Below, piece after piece: positions 30,344-38,418 of a DNA stretch of 64,000 nt. The DNA is from an uncultured Chloroflexia bacterium (GTDB lineage Bacteria; Chloroflexota; Limnocylindria; Limnocylindrales; CSP1-4). Within the stretch, counting starts at the first letter, position 1. The number at the start of each line of letters is the position of its first letter. Under the pieces are notes generated by a model, which made no database searches, was not told where the DNA came from, and saw nothing but the letters and a program-made list of their open reading frames with translations. A program made the translations under genes and the position numbers. The DNA lies in contig CAVURK010000006.1 of NCBI GenBank assembly GCA_963743855.1, forward strand, positions 1,141,119 through 1,205,118. Direction: 5' to 3'.

Positions 30344-30804
30344 CCGAACCGCACACCCCGGCCTCCGACACGAGCGTCCTGCCCCGTCTCCTCCCCGACC
30401 ACATCCGAAGCTTTCTCGACGACCTGCGCTACGCGACGATCTCCACGATCGACCCGGACGGGCGACCGCGCCAGGCCGTCGTCTGGTATGTGGTCGATGG
30501 CGACGAGATCGTCATCAACAGCGCGATCGGGCGACGCTGGCCGACGAACCTGCTGCGCGACCCGCGCCTCTCGTTCACGGTCATCGATGCGGCCGACCAG
30601 TACCGCTGGGTCGGGCTGACAGGCACGGTTCGAACGATCACCGACTGGGCCACGACGCAGGCCGATATCGCCGCGATGGCCCGTCGCTACCACGCCGACG
30701 AGCCGGGCGAGGCGGAACGGCTCATCCACGACCGATTCGAGCGCCAGGACCGGATCACCTTCCGGTTCAGCGCGATGACCATCCACGACGAGCTCGACGG
30801 ATGA
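30340..30804 (+). CDS. PPOX-class (pyridoxamine 5'-phosphate oxidase-like) probable F420-dependent enzyme
   Basis: FLDDLRYATISTIDPDGRPRQAVVWYVVDGDEIVINSAIGRRWPTNLLRDPRLSFTVID. The ATG overlaps the EAL stop (ATGA). Confidence 0.75.
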   Translation: MTEPHTPASDTSVLPRLLPDHIRSFLDDLRYATISTIDPDGRPRQAVVWYVVDGDEIVINSAIGRRWPTNLLRDPRLSFTVIDAADQYRWVGLTGTVRTITDWATTQADIAAMARRYHADEPGEAERLIHDRFERQDRITFRFSAMTIHDELDG

Positions 30805-31728
30805 CGCGTTTCGGGCTCCAGCTCTGGTCGCAGCACACCGACTGGGCCGCCTTCCGCGATTCCGCGCTCGCCGCCGAGGCGGCCGGCTGGGATTCGGTCT
30901 GGACGTGGGATCACCTGATGGCGATCTTCGGACCGTGGGAGCAGCCGATCTTCGAAGGCTGGAGCGTGCTCTCCGCGCTCGGGCCGCTGACCTCGCGGAT
31001 CCGCCTCGGGCTGATGGTCGGGGCCAACACGTTCCGCAACCCGGGGCTGACCGCCAAGCTGGCGACGACCCTCGACCACGTCTCGGGCGGCCGGGCGGTG
31101 CTCGGCATCGGCGGCGCCTGGTTCGAGCGCGAGCACGACGGCTACGGCATCGATTTCGGGGCGAGCGTCGGCGAGCGCCTCGACCGGCTCGACGAGTCGG
31201 TGATGCTCATGCGTCGGCTGCTCGATGGCGAGCGGTTCAGCCACGAAGGCCGGTTCTACACGTTCCACGACGCGCTGTGCGCGCCCCGGCCCATCCAGCA
31301 CCGGCTGCCGATCCTGGTCGGTGGCTCCGGCCCGCGCAAGACCCTGCGGACGGTGGCGCTGCGAGCCGACGGCTGGAACACGGCCGGGACGGTCGACGAG
31401 GTTCGCGCCAAGCTCGAGATCCTGGGCGAGCACTGTTCGGATGTCGGGCGCGACATCGCCTCGATCGAGAAGACCATCAGCTTCCCGATCCTCCTGCGCG
31501 ACGATCGAGCTGCGGCCGAGGCTGCGTACGCGAACCTGATGGCCGTCAACGGCATCGAGGACATGGAACGATCGACACCGCTCATCGGATCCCCGACCGA
31601 GGTGGCCGACGCGCTACGGCCGTACCGTCGAGCTGGGCTTCGAGACCGTCATCGTCCGGATGCCCGCGCCGTACGACCGGGAGACGATCGATCGCATGGC
31701 CCACGTCGGCGAGCTGCTCGACGCGTGA
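30801..31728 (+). pseudogene. LLM-class F420-dependent oxidoreductase, frame interrupted near 31626
   Basis: AGWDSVWTWDHLMA...MVGANTFRNPGLTAKLATTLDHVSGGRAVLGIGGAWFEREH...LVGGSGPRKTL. After ADALRPY the conserved end VELGFETVIVRMPAPYDRETIDRMAHVGELLDA runs in the next frame to TGA 31726-31728. The junction TAC(C)GTC has an extra C. Confidence 0.8.
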
Positions 31729-31732
31729 CGGG

Positions 31733-32710
31733 GTGAAGGTCACGGCCCTCGCGGGTGGGACCGGCGGGGCGAAGCTGGCCCACGGCCTCCAGGCGGCCGT
31801 GGAACCCGGCGACCTGACCGTCATCGTCAATACGGGCGACGACACCGAACGACATGGCCTGCTGGTGATGCCCGACCATGACGCGGTCATGTACATGCTG
31901 GCCGGCCGCTTCGACGACGAGCGAGGCTGGGGCGTGGCCGGCGAGAGCTGGACCGTGATGGAGTCACTGGCCGAATACGGCGAAGAGGACTGGTTCCGAC
32001 TCGGCGATCACGACTTCGCGACACACATCGCGCGGACCGCACGGCTCCGGGCGGCCGGCGGCGACGGCGATGGTCCCGCAGGCCCGGCCGACCTCACGAC
32101 GGTCGTGCGCTCGCTCCAGGCCGCGCTCGGCATCCCGACCCCGATCCTGCCCATGGCCGACGCGCCCGTCCGGACCCAGGTCCGCGTCGATCCCGACGGC
32201 TGGCTCGATTTCCAGGAGTACTTCGTCCATCGCCGGCAGGGCCCCGAGGTCCACGAGGTCCGCTTCTCGGGGGACCTCACGCCGACATCGGCCGTCGCGG
32301 ACGCGCTCGCCACCGCCGACGTCATCGTCATCGGTCCGTCCAACCCGATCGTCTCGATCGGCCCGATCCTCGCCGGACCGATCCGGGAGCTCGTGACCGC
32401 GCGGGCACAGGCCGGCATCCCGATCGTCGCGATCAGCCCGATCGTCGGCGGCGTCGCGCTCAAGGGACCGGCCGATCGGATGCTGGTCTCGCTCGGTCAC
32501 GAATCGAGCGCCCGGGGAGTGGCCCGGATCTACCAGGGCATCGCCACGGCGTTCGTCCTCGACACGGTCGATGCCGCGCTCGAGCCCGACATCGCCGCGC
32601 TCGGGTTCCGGACCCTCGTCACCGACACGATCATGGCCGACCACGCCGGGCGCGCCCGGCTGGCCAGAACGGTCCTGGACTTCGCGGCCGGGACCGGGGC
32701 CTTGGCATGA
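31733..32710 (+). CDS. cofD: 2-phospho-L-lactate transferase (F420 biosynthesis)
   Basis: GTG 31733 is in frame with ORF 30905..32710. The sequence reads VKVTALAGGTGGAKLAHGL...VIVNTGDD...PDHDAVMYMLAG...IGPSNPIVSIGPIL...ISPIVGG. Confidence 0.9.
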   Translation: MKVTALAGGTGGAKLAHGLQAAVEPGDLTVIVNTGDDTERHGLLVMPDHDAVMYMLAGRFDDERGWGVAGESWTVMESLAEYGEEDWFRLGDHDFATHIARTARLRAAGGDGDGPAGPADLTTVVRSLQAALGIPTPILPMADAPVRTQVRVDPDGWLDFQEYFVHRRQGPEVHEVRFSGDLTPTSAVADALATADVIVIGPSNPIVSIGPILAGPIRELVTARAQAGIPIVAISPIVGGVALKGPADRMLVSLGHESSARGVARIYQGIATAFVLDTVDAALEPDIAALGFRTLVTDTIMADHAGRARLARTVLDFAAGTGALA

Positions 32711-33357
32711 CCCGGATCGCGGCGATCATCCCGGTCGGGACGCTCGAGGGGGCCAAGACGCGCCTCGGCGAGATGCTCGATGCGGAGGAACGGGCCGAGC
32801 TGGTCGAGGGGTTGCTGGCACGGACCGTCGTGGCCGCCGTGGCCGTCACCCGCCTCGACGACGTGTTGGTGATCAGCCCGGATCGCGAGGTCCTGCGGCG
32901 GGCATCCGAGATGGGGGCGCGGACCCTGCGCCAACGCTCCCGCGGCCTCAATCCAGGGCTCCGTGAGGCACGGACCGATGTGGTCGCCGGGGGCGCGACC
33001 GCGATCCTCATCCTCCCGATCGACCTGCCGTTCGTGACGACCGAGGCGATCGGCATGGTCCTGGCGCCCCTCCTCAGCGTCCCCGCAGCCGACAGCGCAC
33101 GACCCGGCCCGACCGTCGTCCTCGTCCCCGACCGCCACGGCACCGGGACCAACGCCCTTGGGCTTCGACCACCCGATGTCATCGACGTCGCCTTCGGCCG
33201 CGACAGCCGTCGGGCGCATCGAACGGCGGCGCTCAACGCCGGCGCGGCCTGGATCGAGCTCGATGGCCCCCTCACCGTCGACCTCGACACGGCCGACGAC
33301 CTCGTCTTCGTCGAATTGGCGGGAGCCGGACGCCCGGCTGGTCTCGATGTCGGCTGA
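32707..33357 (+). CDS. cofC: 2-phospho-L-lactate/phosphoenolpyruvate guanylyltransferase (F420 biosynthesis)
   Basis: AAIIPVGTLEGAKTRLG...RGLNPGLREA...ILILPIDLPFV...VLVPDRHGTGTNAL. The ATG overlaps the cofD stop (ATGA). Confidence 0.85.
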   Translation: MTRIAAIIPVGTLEGAKTRLGEMLDAEERAELVEGLLARTVVAAVAVTRLDDVLVISPDREVLRRASEMGARTLRQRSRGLNPGLREARTDVVAGGATAILILPIDLPFVTTEAIGMVLAPLLSVPAADSARPGPTVVLVPDRHGTGTNALGLRPPDVIDVAFGRDSRRAHRTAALNAGAAWIELDGPLTVDLDTADDLVFVELAGAGRPAGLDVG

Positions 33358-33379
33358 GGCCCTCGATGTCGGCTGAGGC
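33343..33379. repeat. 19-bp tandem duplication at the cofC stop / cofE start
   Basis: ctcgatgtcggctgaggc occurs at 33343-33360 and again at 33362-33379, with one spacer base. Copy 1 carries the cofC stop and copy 2 carries the cofE ATG. Confidence 0.9.
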
Positions 33380-34140
33380 ACCGATCCGGATCCTCGCCCT
33401 CGACGGGATCCCTGAGATCCGCGACGGCGACGACCTCGGCGTCTTCATCGGCAACGCCATCCAGCGGACCCGCGGCGCCCTGCCGCTCGGCCTCGACGAC
33501 GTGCTCGTCGTGACGCAGAAGATCGTGTCCAAGGCCGAAGGCGCCGTCGTCGACCTGACCACGATCGAGCCTCGCGCCGAGGCCATCGAGTTCGCCGAGC
33601 GGTACGACCGCGATCCGCGCCAGATCGAGGTCGTCCTGCGCGAGGCACGGCGCGTGCTGCGCATGACCAACGGCGTCCTGATCACCGAGACCGCGCACGG
33701 CTTCGTCTGCGCCAACGGCGGGATCGACGCGTCCAACGTCGGGCCCGAGTCGGGTTCGGTGGTCACGTTGCTGCCGGTCGATCCAGATCGGTCGTGCGCG
33801 AGGATCCGCGCCGCGATCGTCGGGCGCTTCGGCGTCGACGTCCCGGTCGTGATGTCCGACTCGTTCGGCCGGCCGTGGCGCTGGGGGATCGTCGACGTGG
33901 CGATCGGGGTGTCCGGCCTTCTGCCGCTCGAGGACCTCCGCGGCTCACCTGATGCGGACGGCCGGATCATGCACGCGACCGTCCGCGCCGTCGCCGACGA
34001 GCTGGCGTCCGCCGCCGAGCTCGCCCTCGGCAAGACCGCGGGTCGACCGGTCGCCCTCGTGCGCGGCGCCGGCGTTCACCCGCGGCGAGGCTTCGATCCG
34101 CGAGATCGTCATCCCCCGCGAGAACGACCTCTTTCCCTAG
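33366..34140 (+). pseudogene. cofE: coenzyme F420-0:L-glutamate ligase (stand-alone CofE), frame interrupted near 34083
   Basis: IRILALDGIPEIRDGDDL...VVTQKIVSKAEG...ETAHGFVCANGGIDASN...VMSDSFGRPWRWG...GKTAGRPVALVRG. The conserved end GEASIREIVIPRENDLFP is in the frame of ORF 33952..34140. One extra base sits at CACCCG(C)GGC. Confidence 0.85.
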
Positions 34141-34200
34141 TCAGCGGCCCGCCCAGGTCGGCGGCCCGGCGGCCGGTCGCGCGGAACAACCCGCCGACCG

Positions 34201-34344
34201 TGATGCCACTCGAGAGCATCAAGCCGACCGACGGGCGCCCTGGCACGGCGCCCTGGCACGGCGCCTGGCACGGCGCCTGGCACGGCGTCGCGGCCGCGTC
34301 GCGAGCTCCCATTCTGCCTCCGCTGATGCTCTCGAGTGGCATCA
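34201..34344. repeat. 144-bp element bounded by perfect 21-bp inverted repeats (MITE/REP-like element or paired operators)
   Basis: TGATGCCACTCGAGAGCATCA at 34201-34221 has its exact reverse complement at 34324-34344. Each arm is itself a near-palindrome around CTCGAG. Confidence 0.8.
34235..34284. repeat. tandem repeat, 4 units of 12-13 nt (gcgcc(c)tggcacg)
   Basis: gcgccctggcacg appears twice and then gcgcctggcacg twice, read directly from the sequence inside the inverted-repeat element. Confidence 0.9.
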
Positions 34345-34364
34345 ACCAGGCGGCGTCGCTACCG

Positions 34365-34412
34365 GCGCGGCAGGCCGCGGGCGCGGCAGGCCGCGGGCGC
34401 GGCAGGCCTGCC
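34365..34412. repeat. tandem repeat, 3 units of 16 nt (gcgcggcaggccgcgg)
   Basis: Two exact units plus a third that ends in the palindrome GGCAGGCCTGCC, abutting the stop of the convergent NTF2-like gene. It may act as that gene's terminator. Confidence 0.85.
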
Positions 34413-34419
34413 TCAGTGC

Positions 34420-34833
34420 CTAGACCCCGACGGGATCCATCCGTTCGACGTAGGCGGCGCGCCATTCGGGCGCTGGGAACGGGTTCGCGAAATACTCGGT
34501 GATCTTGCGGACCTTGCCGTCACGGAATTCGACGATGCCGACGTAGCTGACCGGCGTCCCATCGCCATAGTCGATGGTGCCTTCGACAACGTAGATGTCG
34601 CCGCCACCGAGCATCCGGCGGAATGTCATCGTCGGCGACATCCCGGTCGCCCCCTGATAGGCCTCGTCAAGCTTGATCGAGGCCTCGCGGCCGACGATCC
34701 GCTCGCCCGACTGCGGCCACTCCTGCACGAAGTCGTCGGTGGACGAGGCCCGCAGGACCTTCGACACCTGCCCCATGTCGGACGACTCCAACGCCGCTCG
34801 GAACTGCTGCATCACCGCGTCATTGGCGCCCAT
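34420..34833 (-). CDS. NTF2/SnoaL-like family protein
   Basis: Intact 137-aa ORF: FRAALESSDMGQVSKVL...DFVQEWPQSGERIVGREA...VVEGTIDYGDGTPVSYVGIVEFRDGKVRKITEYF. Confidence 0.7.
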   Translation of the reverse strand: MGANDAVMQQFRAALESSDMGQVSKVLRASSTDDFVQEWPQSGERIVGREASIKLDEAYQGATGMSPTMTFRRMLGGGDIYVVEGTIDYGDGTPVSYVGIVEFRDGKVRKITEYFANPFPAPEWRAAYVERMDPVGV

Positions 34834-34903
34834 CGCGAAGCCCTCCAGCTATCCATCCGGGTAGGCCGAAGGTGTACTCCGCCGCGGCCTGCGGTACAAG
34901 CCC

Positions 34904-35161
34904 TCAGACCCCCATCGGTCCGCCATTCCCCCACAGGATCCCGGCGGCCGACCCATTTTCGACGTAGCTTCGGACCTCGTCGTCGGTCATCCCGCCGCTG
35001 CGGTGGGACGAGCGGATCCGGTCGTTGCAGAGTTCGCACAGAAAGCTGCGCGTGTCGTCGGCGTGCGCGATCGTGTGGCGACCCGAATAGAAGATGCTCC
35101 CGCTCGCGGTCTCTTCCCCGCACGACGCGCAGGGCTCTCGGAGAGGCGATCCGATCGACAT
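34904..35161 (-). CDS. small Cys4 zinc-ribbon-like protein (hypothetical)
   Basis: [70 protein letters not shown]... contains a CxxC..CxxC pair. It lies between the AAA+ and NTF2-like genes on the same strand. Confidence 0.5.
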   Translation of the reverse strand: MSIGSPLREPCASCGEETASGSIFYSGRHTIAHADDTRSFLCELCNDRIRSSHRSGGMTDDEVRSYVENGSAAGILWGNGGPMGV

Positions 35162-35228
35162 CCCGACCTCCGATCTGTGGCTGTCCCGGAACACTGCTGC
35201 GCCGTCGCCGCGCCGTCAAGGCGGCAGA

Positions 35229-36521
35229 TCAGCGCGGCTGGAACCCGATCTTGTGGACGGCGGTCGTGAACGGGTCGGCGGCGGGCAGATCGTCGACGGT
35301 GATCTCGTCGTCCTCGCCGCGATCGATGTGGCCGTCGGCGAGTGCGCGCGTCGCGAGGTTGGCGTAGGACTGCTCGAACAGTGACCGCGCGTAGCGGGCA
35401 TTGCCGAAATTGCCGATGTTGAGCGCGAGACCGAACAGCTTCTCGAGCTGCTCGGCGACGCCGGGGCCGAGCCGGACCTCGGCTGTGGCGGCGAAGCCCT
35501 CGAACACCTCACAGAGCTCTGGCGCGGTGTAGTCGGGGAAGTCGATGTAGTGGGTGAACCTGCTGCGCAGGCCCGGGTTGGAGTCGATGAACTGCCGCAT
35601 CTGGTCGGGATAGCCCGCGACGATGACGGCCAGGTCGTCGCGATGGTCCTCCATCAGCTTGACCAGCTCGGCGATGGCCTCGGCGCCGAATTCGCCGCTC
35701 CCCTCCTCCGCCAAGGCGTAGGCCTCGTCGATGAACAGCACGCCACCGAGCGCTCGATTCACGACGTCCTGGACCTTGAGCGCGGTCTGGCCGACGTAGC
35801 CCGCGACAAGGTCTGCCCGCGAGACCTCGACGAGCTGGCCGCGACTGACCACACCGATGCTGCCGTAGAGGCGCGCGATGATCCGGGCGATCGTCGTCTT
35901 TCCGGTGCCCGGCGCCCCGGTGAAGACGACGTGGAGGCTTTCGTTGACGGTCGGCAGGCCGGCCGCCTTGCGCTCGGCATTGAGCATCTGGACGGCGATC
36001 AGCCGCCGCACCGCGGCCTTCACCGACACCAGGCCGACCAGCGCGTCGAGCTCGGCGAGGATCGCGTCGGTGGTCTCGCCCTTGGCTGGTGCGGCGTCGG
36101 GCGGTGTCGGGGAGTCGGTCGTCGTCTTGGTCGCGGCGGTCACGCCGGTCGCGGTCGTGCCGGGAGCCGCAGCACCAGCCGCGTCAGTCGCGCCGCTCGA
36201 CGGCACCCCGGGCGTCCCCGGGGTCGGCGGCGGCGACCCTGTCTGGATCTGCTTGAGGAGCTCGACCTCGGCGGTCTTCGCGGTGTCGACCGAGTCGAAG
36301 GTGGCCAGTGCCGCCTCCGCGGCCGGCGAGACGGTCGGCGTCTGGTACGACTCCCCGTGGGGTTCGAGCAGTGCCTTGACGGTCCCTGCCGGTACCTCGG
36401 TCGGAGCATCGTCACCGAGGGCGACCAGGATCCCCCACAGCACATGCCGCGGCTCGACGGTCGGGTGGGAGTAGGCCTTGGCGATCGCGATCGCCTCGTC
36501 GCGGACGCGGTCGCGGATCAC
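35229..36521 (-). CDS. AAA+ ATPase of the CbbX/SpoVK/EccA type with an N-terminal Clp_N-like domain
   Basis: Intact 430-aa ORF. It has a Clp R-domain-like start (AIAKAYSHPTVEPRHVLWGILVAL), a long Pro/Thr/Ala linker, Walker A (VFTGAPGTGKTT), Walker B (VLFIDEAYAL) and the CbbX-type motif GYPDQMRQFIDSNPGLRSRF. Confidence 0.85.
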   Translation of the reverse strand: MIRDRVRDEAIAIAKAYSHPTVEPRHVLWGILVALGDDAPTEVPAGTVKALLEPHGESYQTPTVSPAAEAALATFDSVDTAKTAEVELLKQIQTGSPPPTPGTPGVPSSGATDAAGAAAPGTTATGVTAATKTTTDSPTPPDAAPAKGETTDAILAELDALVGLVSVKAAVRRLIAVQMLNAERKAAGLPTVNESLHVVFTGAPGTGKTTIARIIARLYGSIGVVSRGQLVEVSRADLVAGYVGQTALKVQDVVNRALGGVLFIDEAYALAEEGSGEFGAEAIAELVKLMEDHRDDLAVIVAGYPDQMRQFIDSNPGLRSRFTHYIDFPDYTAPELCEVFEGFAATAEVRLGPGVAEQLEKLFGLALNIGNFGNARYARSLFEQSYANLATRALADGHIDRGEDDEITVDDLPAADPFTTAVHKIGFQPR

Positions 36522-37074
36522 GTGGCCGCGGGCGGGTCGGCGGGTGGATCCGCAGCGGGCGGGTCTGCCGGGGCCGAGTCGGGGGTGGCGGCGCAGGCGG
36601 ATCGGCCGGCGGCGTCGCCGGCGGATCGGACGGATCGGTCCAGCGCTTGCCCCCGAAGCGGGAGTGGACCGTCTCGTCGAGGTCGTCGGCCGTATACATC
36701 ACGGCCCCGACCGCGGTGACCAGCTCGGCCGGGTCGAGGTAGTCGCCAAGGATCGTGTGATCGAACTGGAGGTAGCAGGTCTTGGCGACCTTGTTCTCGA
36801 TGACCGTCACGCTGCCGAGATGGAACTGCTGGCCGTCGGTGGCCGCCCAGTGGAACAGCTCGTCGGACGGCGCCACGTCGCGTCCGATCGGCGCCCAGAT
36901 GTAGACGAGCGACCGGGGATTGCCGTCCTTGTCGGGAGTCCAGGCCTGGATCTCGACGAAGGCCGCCGTGCTCCCGACCTCGAGCGCGAAGCCGTCCTTG
37001 CGGAGCCGGACGTCGTTGAAGCCGTCGACGAGGATCCGCTGGACCTTCTGCGTCGTCTCCTCGACCGTGGCCAT
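36518..37074 (-). pseudogene. YbjN-like (type III secretion chaperone-like fold) protein with Pro-rich tail, frame interrupted near 36583
   Basis: ORF 36412..37074 reads QRILVDGFNDVRLRKDGFALEVGSTAAFVEIQAW...VYIWAPIG...HLGSVTV...CYLQFDHTILGDYLDPAEL. After a run of 5 C the tail PDSAPADPPAADPPADPPAAT in the next frame ends at a TGA that overlaps the AAA+ GTG start (GTGA). Confidence 0.6.
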
Positions 37075-37078
37075 CGAT

Positions 37079-37141
37079 CCCTCCCGCGATGCGGCTGTCC
37101 TGCCGCGGGAACCGTAGCAGGACAGCGAATCGCGGGGAGGG
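37079..37141 (-). promoter_or_regulatory. 63-nt stem-loop that pairs the Shine-Dalgarno of the YbjN-like gene
   Basis: The minus strand reads CCCTCCCCGCGAT tc GCTGTCCTGC tacggttcccgcg GCAGGACAGC cgc ATCGCGGGAGGG atcg ATG. The 3' arm contains GGGAGGG 4 nt before the start. It also sits 12 nt after the upstream VOC gene stop. Confidence 0.55.
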
Positions 37142-37152
37142 TGCGGAGTCGG

Positions 37153-37506
37153 TTACTCCGACAGGCCGACGATGTGGCCTTCGGGGTCGGCCACGAGGGC
37201 GAGATACGCGCTGCCGTCGGGGCTGAAGCGCGGCATGATCGTGTGGCCACCGAGCGACTCGGCCTTGGCCAGCGTCGCGTTGATGTCCGCCACCCGGACG
37301 TAGCCGGTGACGAGGCCGGCAGATCCGTCCTGCGTGCCGGCGACGCCCACGACGATGCCCGTCTGGCTGTGATCGGTCATCCCGTAGCCACCCGGGAAGT
37401 CGGTGTTGAGCTTCCAGCCGAACAGGTCGCTGTAGTAGCTCTGGAGCGCCTTCTGGTCCTTGCCGGTGACCTCGAAATGGATCACCTGCCCGATGTCTTC
37501 CGCCAT
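37153..37506 (-). CDS. VOC family protein (glyoxalase/bleomycin-resistance fold)
   Basis: VIHFEVTGKDQKALQSYYSDLFGWKL...GYVRVADINATLAKAESLGGHTIMP...LALVADPEGHIVGL. Confidence 0.8.
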   Translation of the reverse strand: MAEDIGQVIHFEVTGKDQKALQSYYSDLFGWKLNTDFPGGYGMTDHSQTGIVVGVAGTQDGSAGLVTGYVRVADINATLAKAESLGGHTIMPRFSPDGSAYLALVADPEGHIVGLSE

Positions 37507-37635
37507 CGATCGATCTCCTTCTCCCGGGCCGAAGACTCGGTCGCCTCGGTCACCCTTCGAACCAACGACGAACGGGTTCGGGCCGAATCGACAGCCCGGC
37601 TCGCCAGGCCGATCGAAAAGGCAGGCCGAAGGCCG

Positions 37636-38016
37636 TCAGACGCGCGGGAGGTGTCCGTCGCGGGCCGGGACTGCGCTCGCCGCGGTCGGCGCCCAGGGCT
37701 CGACCGCCGCCGCCGACCAGACTGGTCCATCGCGGAACGTGACGATCGGCGCCGGGAACGTCGGGTCGGAGTGCTGGACCAGCGCGAGCTTGGCCGGATT
37801 GATCCGCATCGCGCCGGCGATCTCCTCGCGCGTCTTGACCGCGAAGTCGACGTCCTCGTGCGGCTGGTCTGCCCATGCGAACGGCTCGGGATTGGCGCCG
37901 TCGGGGTCGGTCACGAAGGACTCGCCGTGGTACTGGAAGACCCAGGCTCCGGCCTCGCGATCACCAACCGGGTCGGACAGCCTGTAGACGTGGACGAGCT
38001 TCGGGTTGATGGCCAT
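37636..38016 (-). CDS. hypothetical protein
   Basis: 126-aa ORF with non-repetitive, protein-like composition (MAINPKLVHVYRLSDPVGDREAGAWVFQYHGESFVTDPDG...). No family recognised. Confidence 0.45.
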   Translation of the reverse strand: MAINPKLVHVYRLSDPVGDREAGAWVFQYHGESFVTDPDGANPEPFAWADQPHEDVDFAVKTREEIAGAMRINPAKLALVQHSDPTFPAPIVTFRDGPVWSAAAVEPWAPTAASAVPARDGHLPRV

Positions 38017-38133
38017 GGCTCAAGGATAGTCGCGCGTGGCATTCGGCCGCGGCGGCGACGAAACTTGACCACAGAGCAGCAGCGGCGACACGATAGGCCC
38101 GAGCATCGGCCGGAACAGTGGAGGGATCGAACC

Positions 38134-38403
38134 GTGGACTTGCAGCGTGACGCCGCCCGCCTCGCAGGCATCGCGACCGTCTTCGTCATCGTCGGCTGGC
38201 TGGCCGTCCTGTACAGCCTGATCGCGGGCATCCTGTGGTGGATCGACCTGGCGAGCCGTAACAACGTCAACTGGCTCGAAGCCTTCGCGATCTCCTCGGC
38301 GGCGATCGGTGGCCCGCTCTTCCTCGCCCTGATCGTGGCAGGCCTGGGCCACTTCCTCCGCCTGTTCGCCGTCTACGTGGCCAGCCGCAGCACCTCAAAC
38401 TAG
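38134..38403 (+). CDS. small three-TM membrane protein (hypothetical)
   Basis: GTG 38134 follows GGAGGGA and only this tail of ORF 36478..38403 is protein-like: LAGIATVFVIVGWLAVLYSLIAGILWW...AFAISSAAIGGPLFLALIVAGLGHFLRLFAVYV. Confidence 0.55.
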   Translation: MDLQRDAARLAGIATVFVIVGWLAVLYSLIAGILWWIDLASRNNVNWLEAFAISSAAIGGPLFLALIVAGLGHFLRLFAVYVASRSTSN

Positions 38404-38418
38404 CTGCCGCGCGATCCG

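Noticed and set aside
34235-34412. Short tandem repeats considered as a CRISPR array
   Set aside because: The units are 12-16 nt and directly abutting with no spacers. No cas genes are present in the window.
36478-38133. Front part of the 641-aa + ORF 36478..38403
   Set aside because: It lies antisense to the YbjN-like, VOC and hypothetical genes and has junk composition. Only the final 89 codons from GTG 38134, preceded by a good SD, look like a real membrane protein.
38112-38140. tRNA-like T-arm string (TGGAGGGATCGAACC) suggesting a minus-strand tRNA
   Set aside because: The flanks do not form T-stem or acceptor pairing, and the T-loop consensus is one base short. The string instead supplies the GGAGGGA ribosome-binding site and GTG start of the small membrane protein gene.
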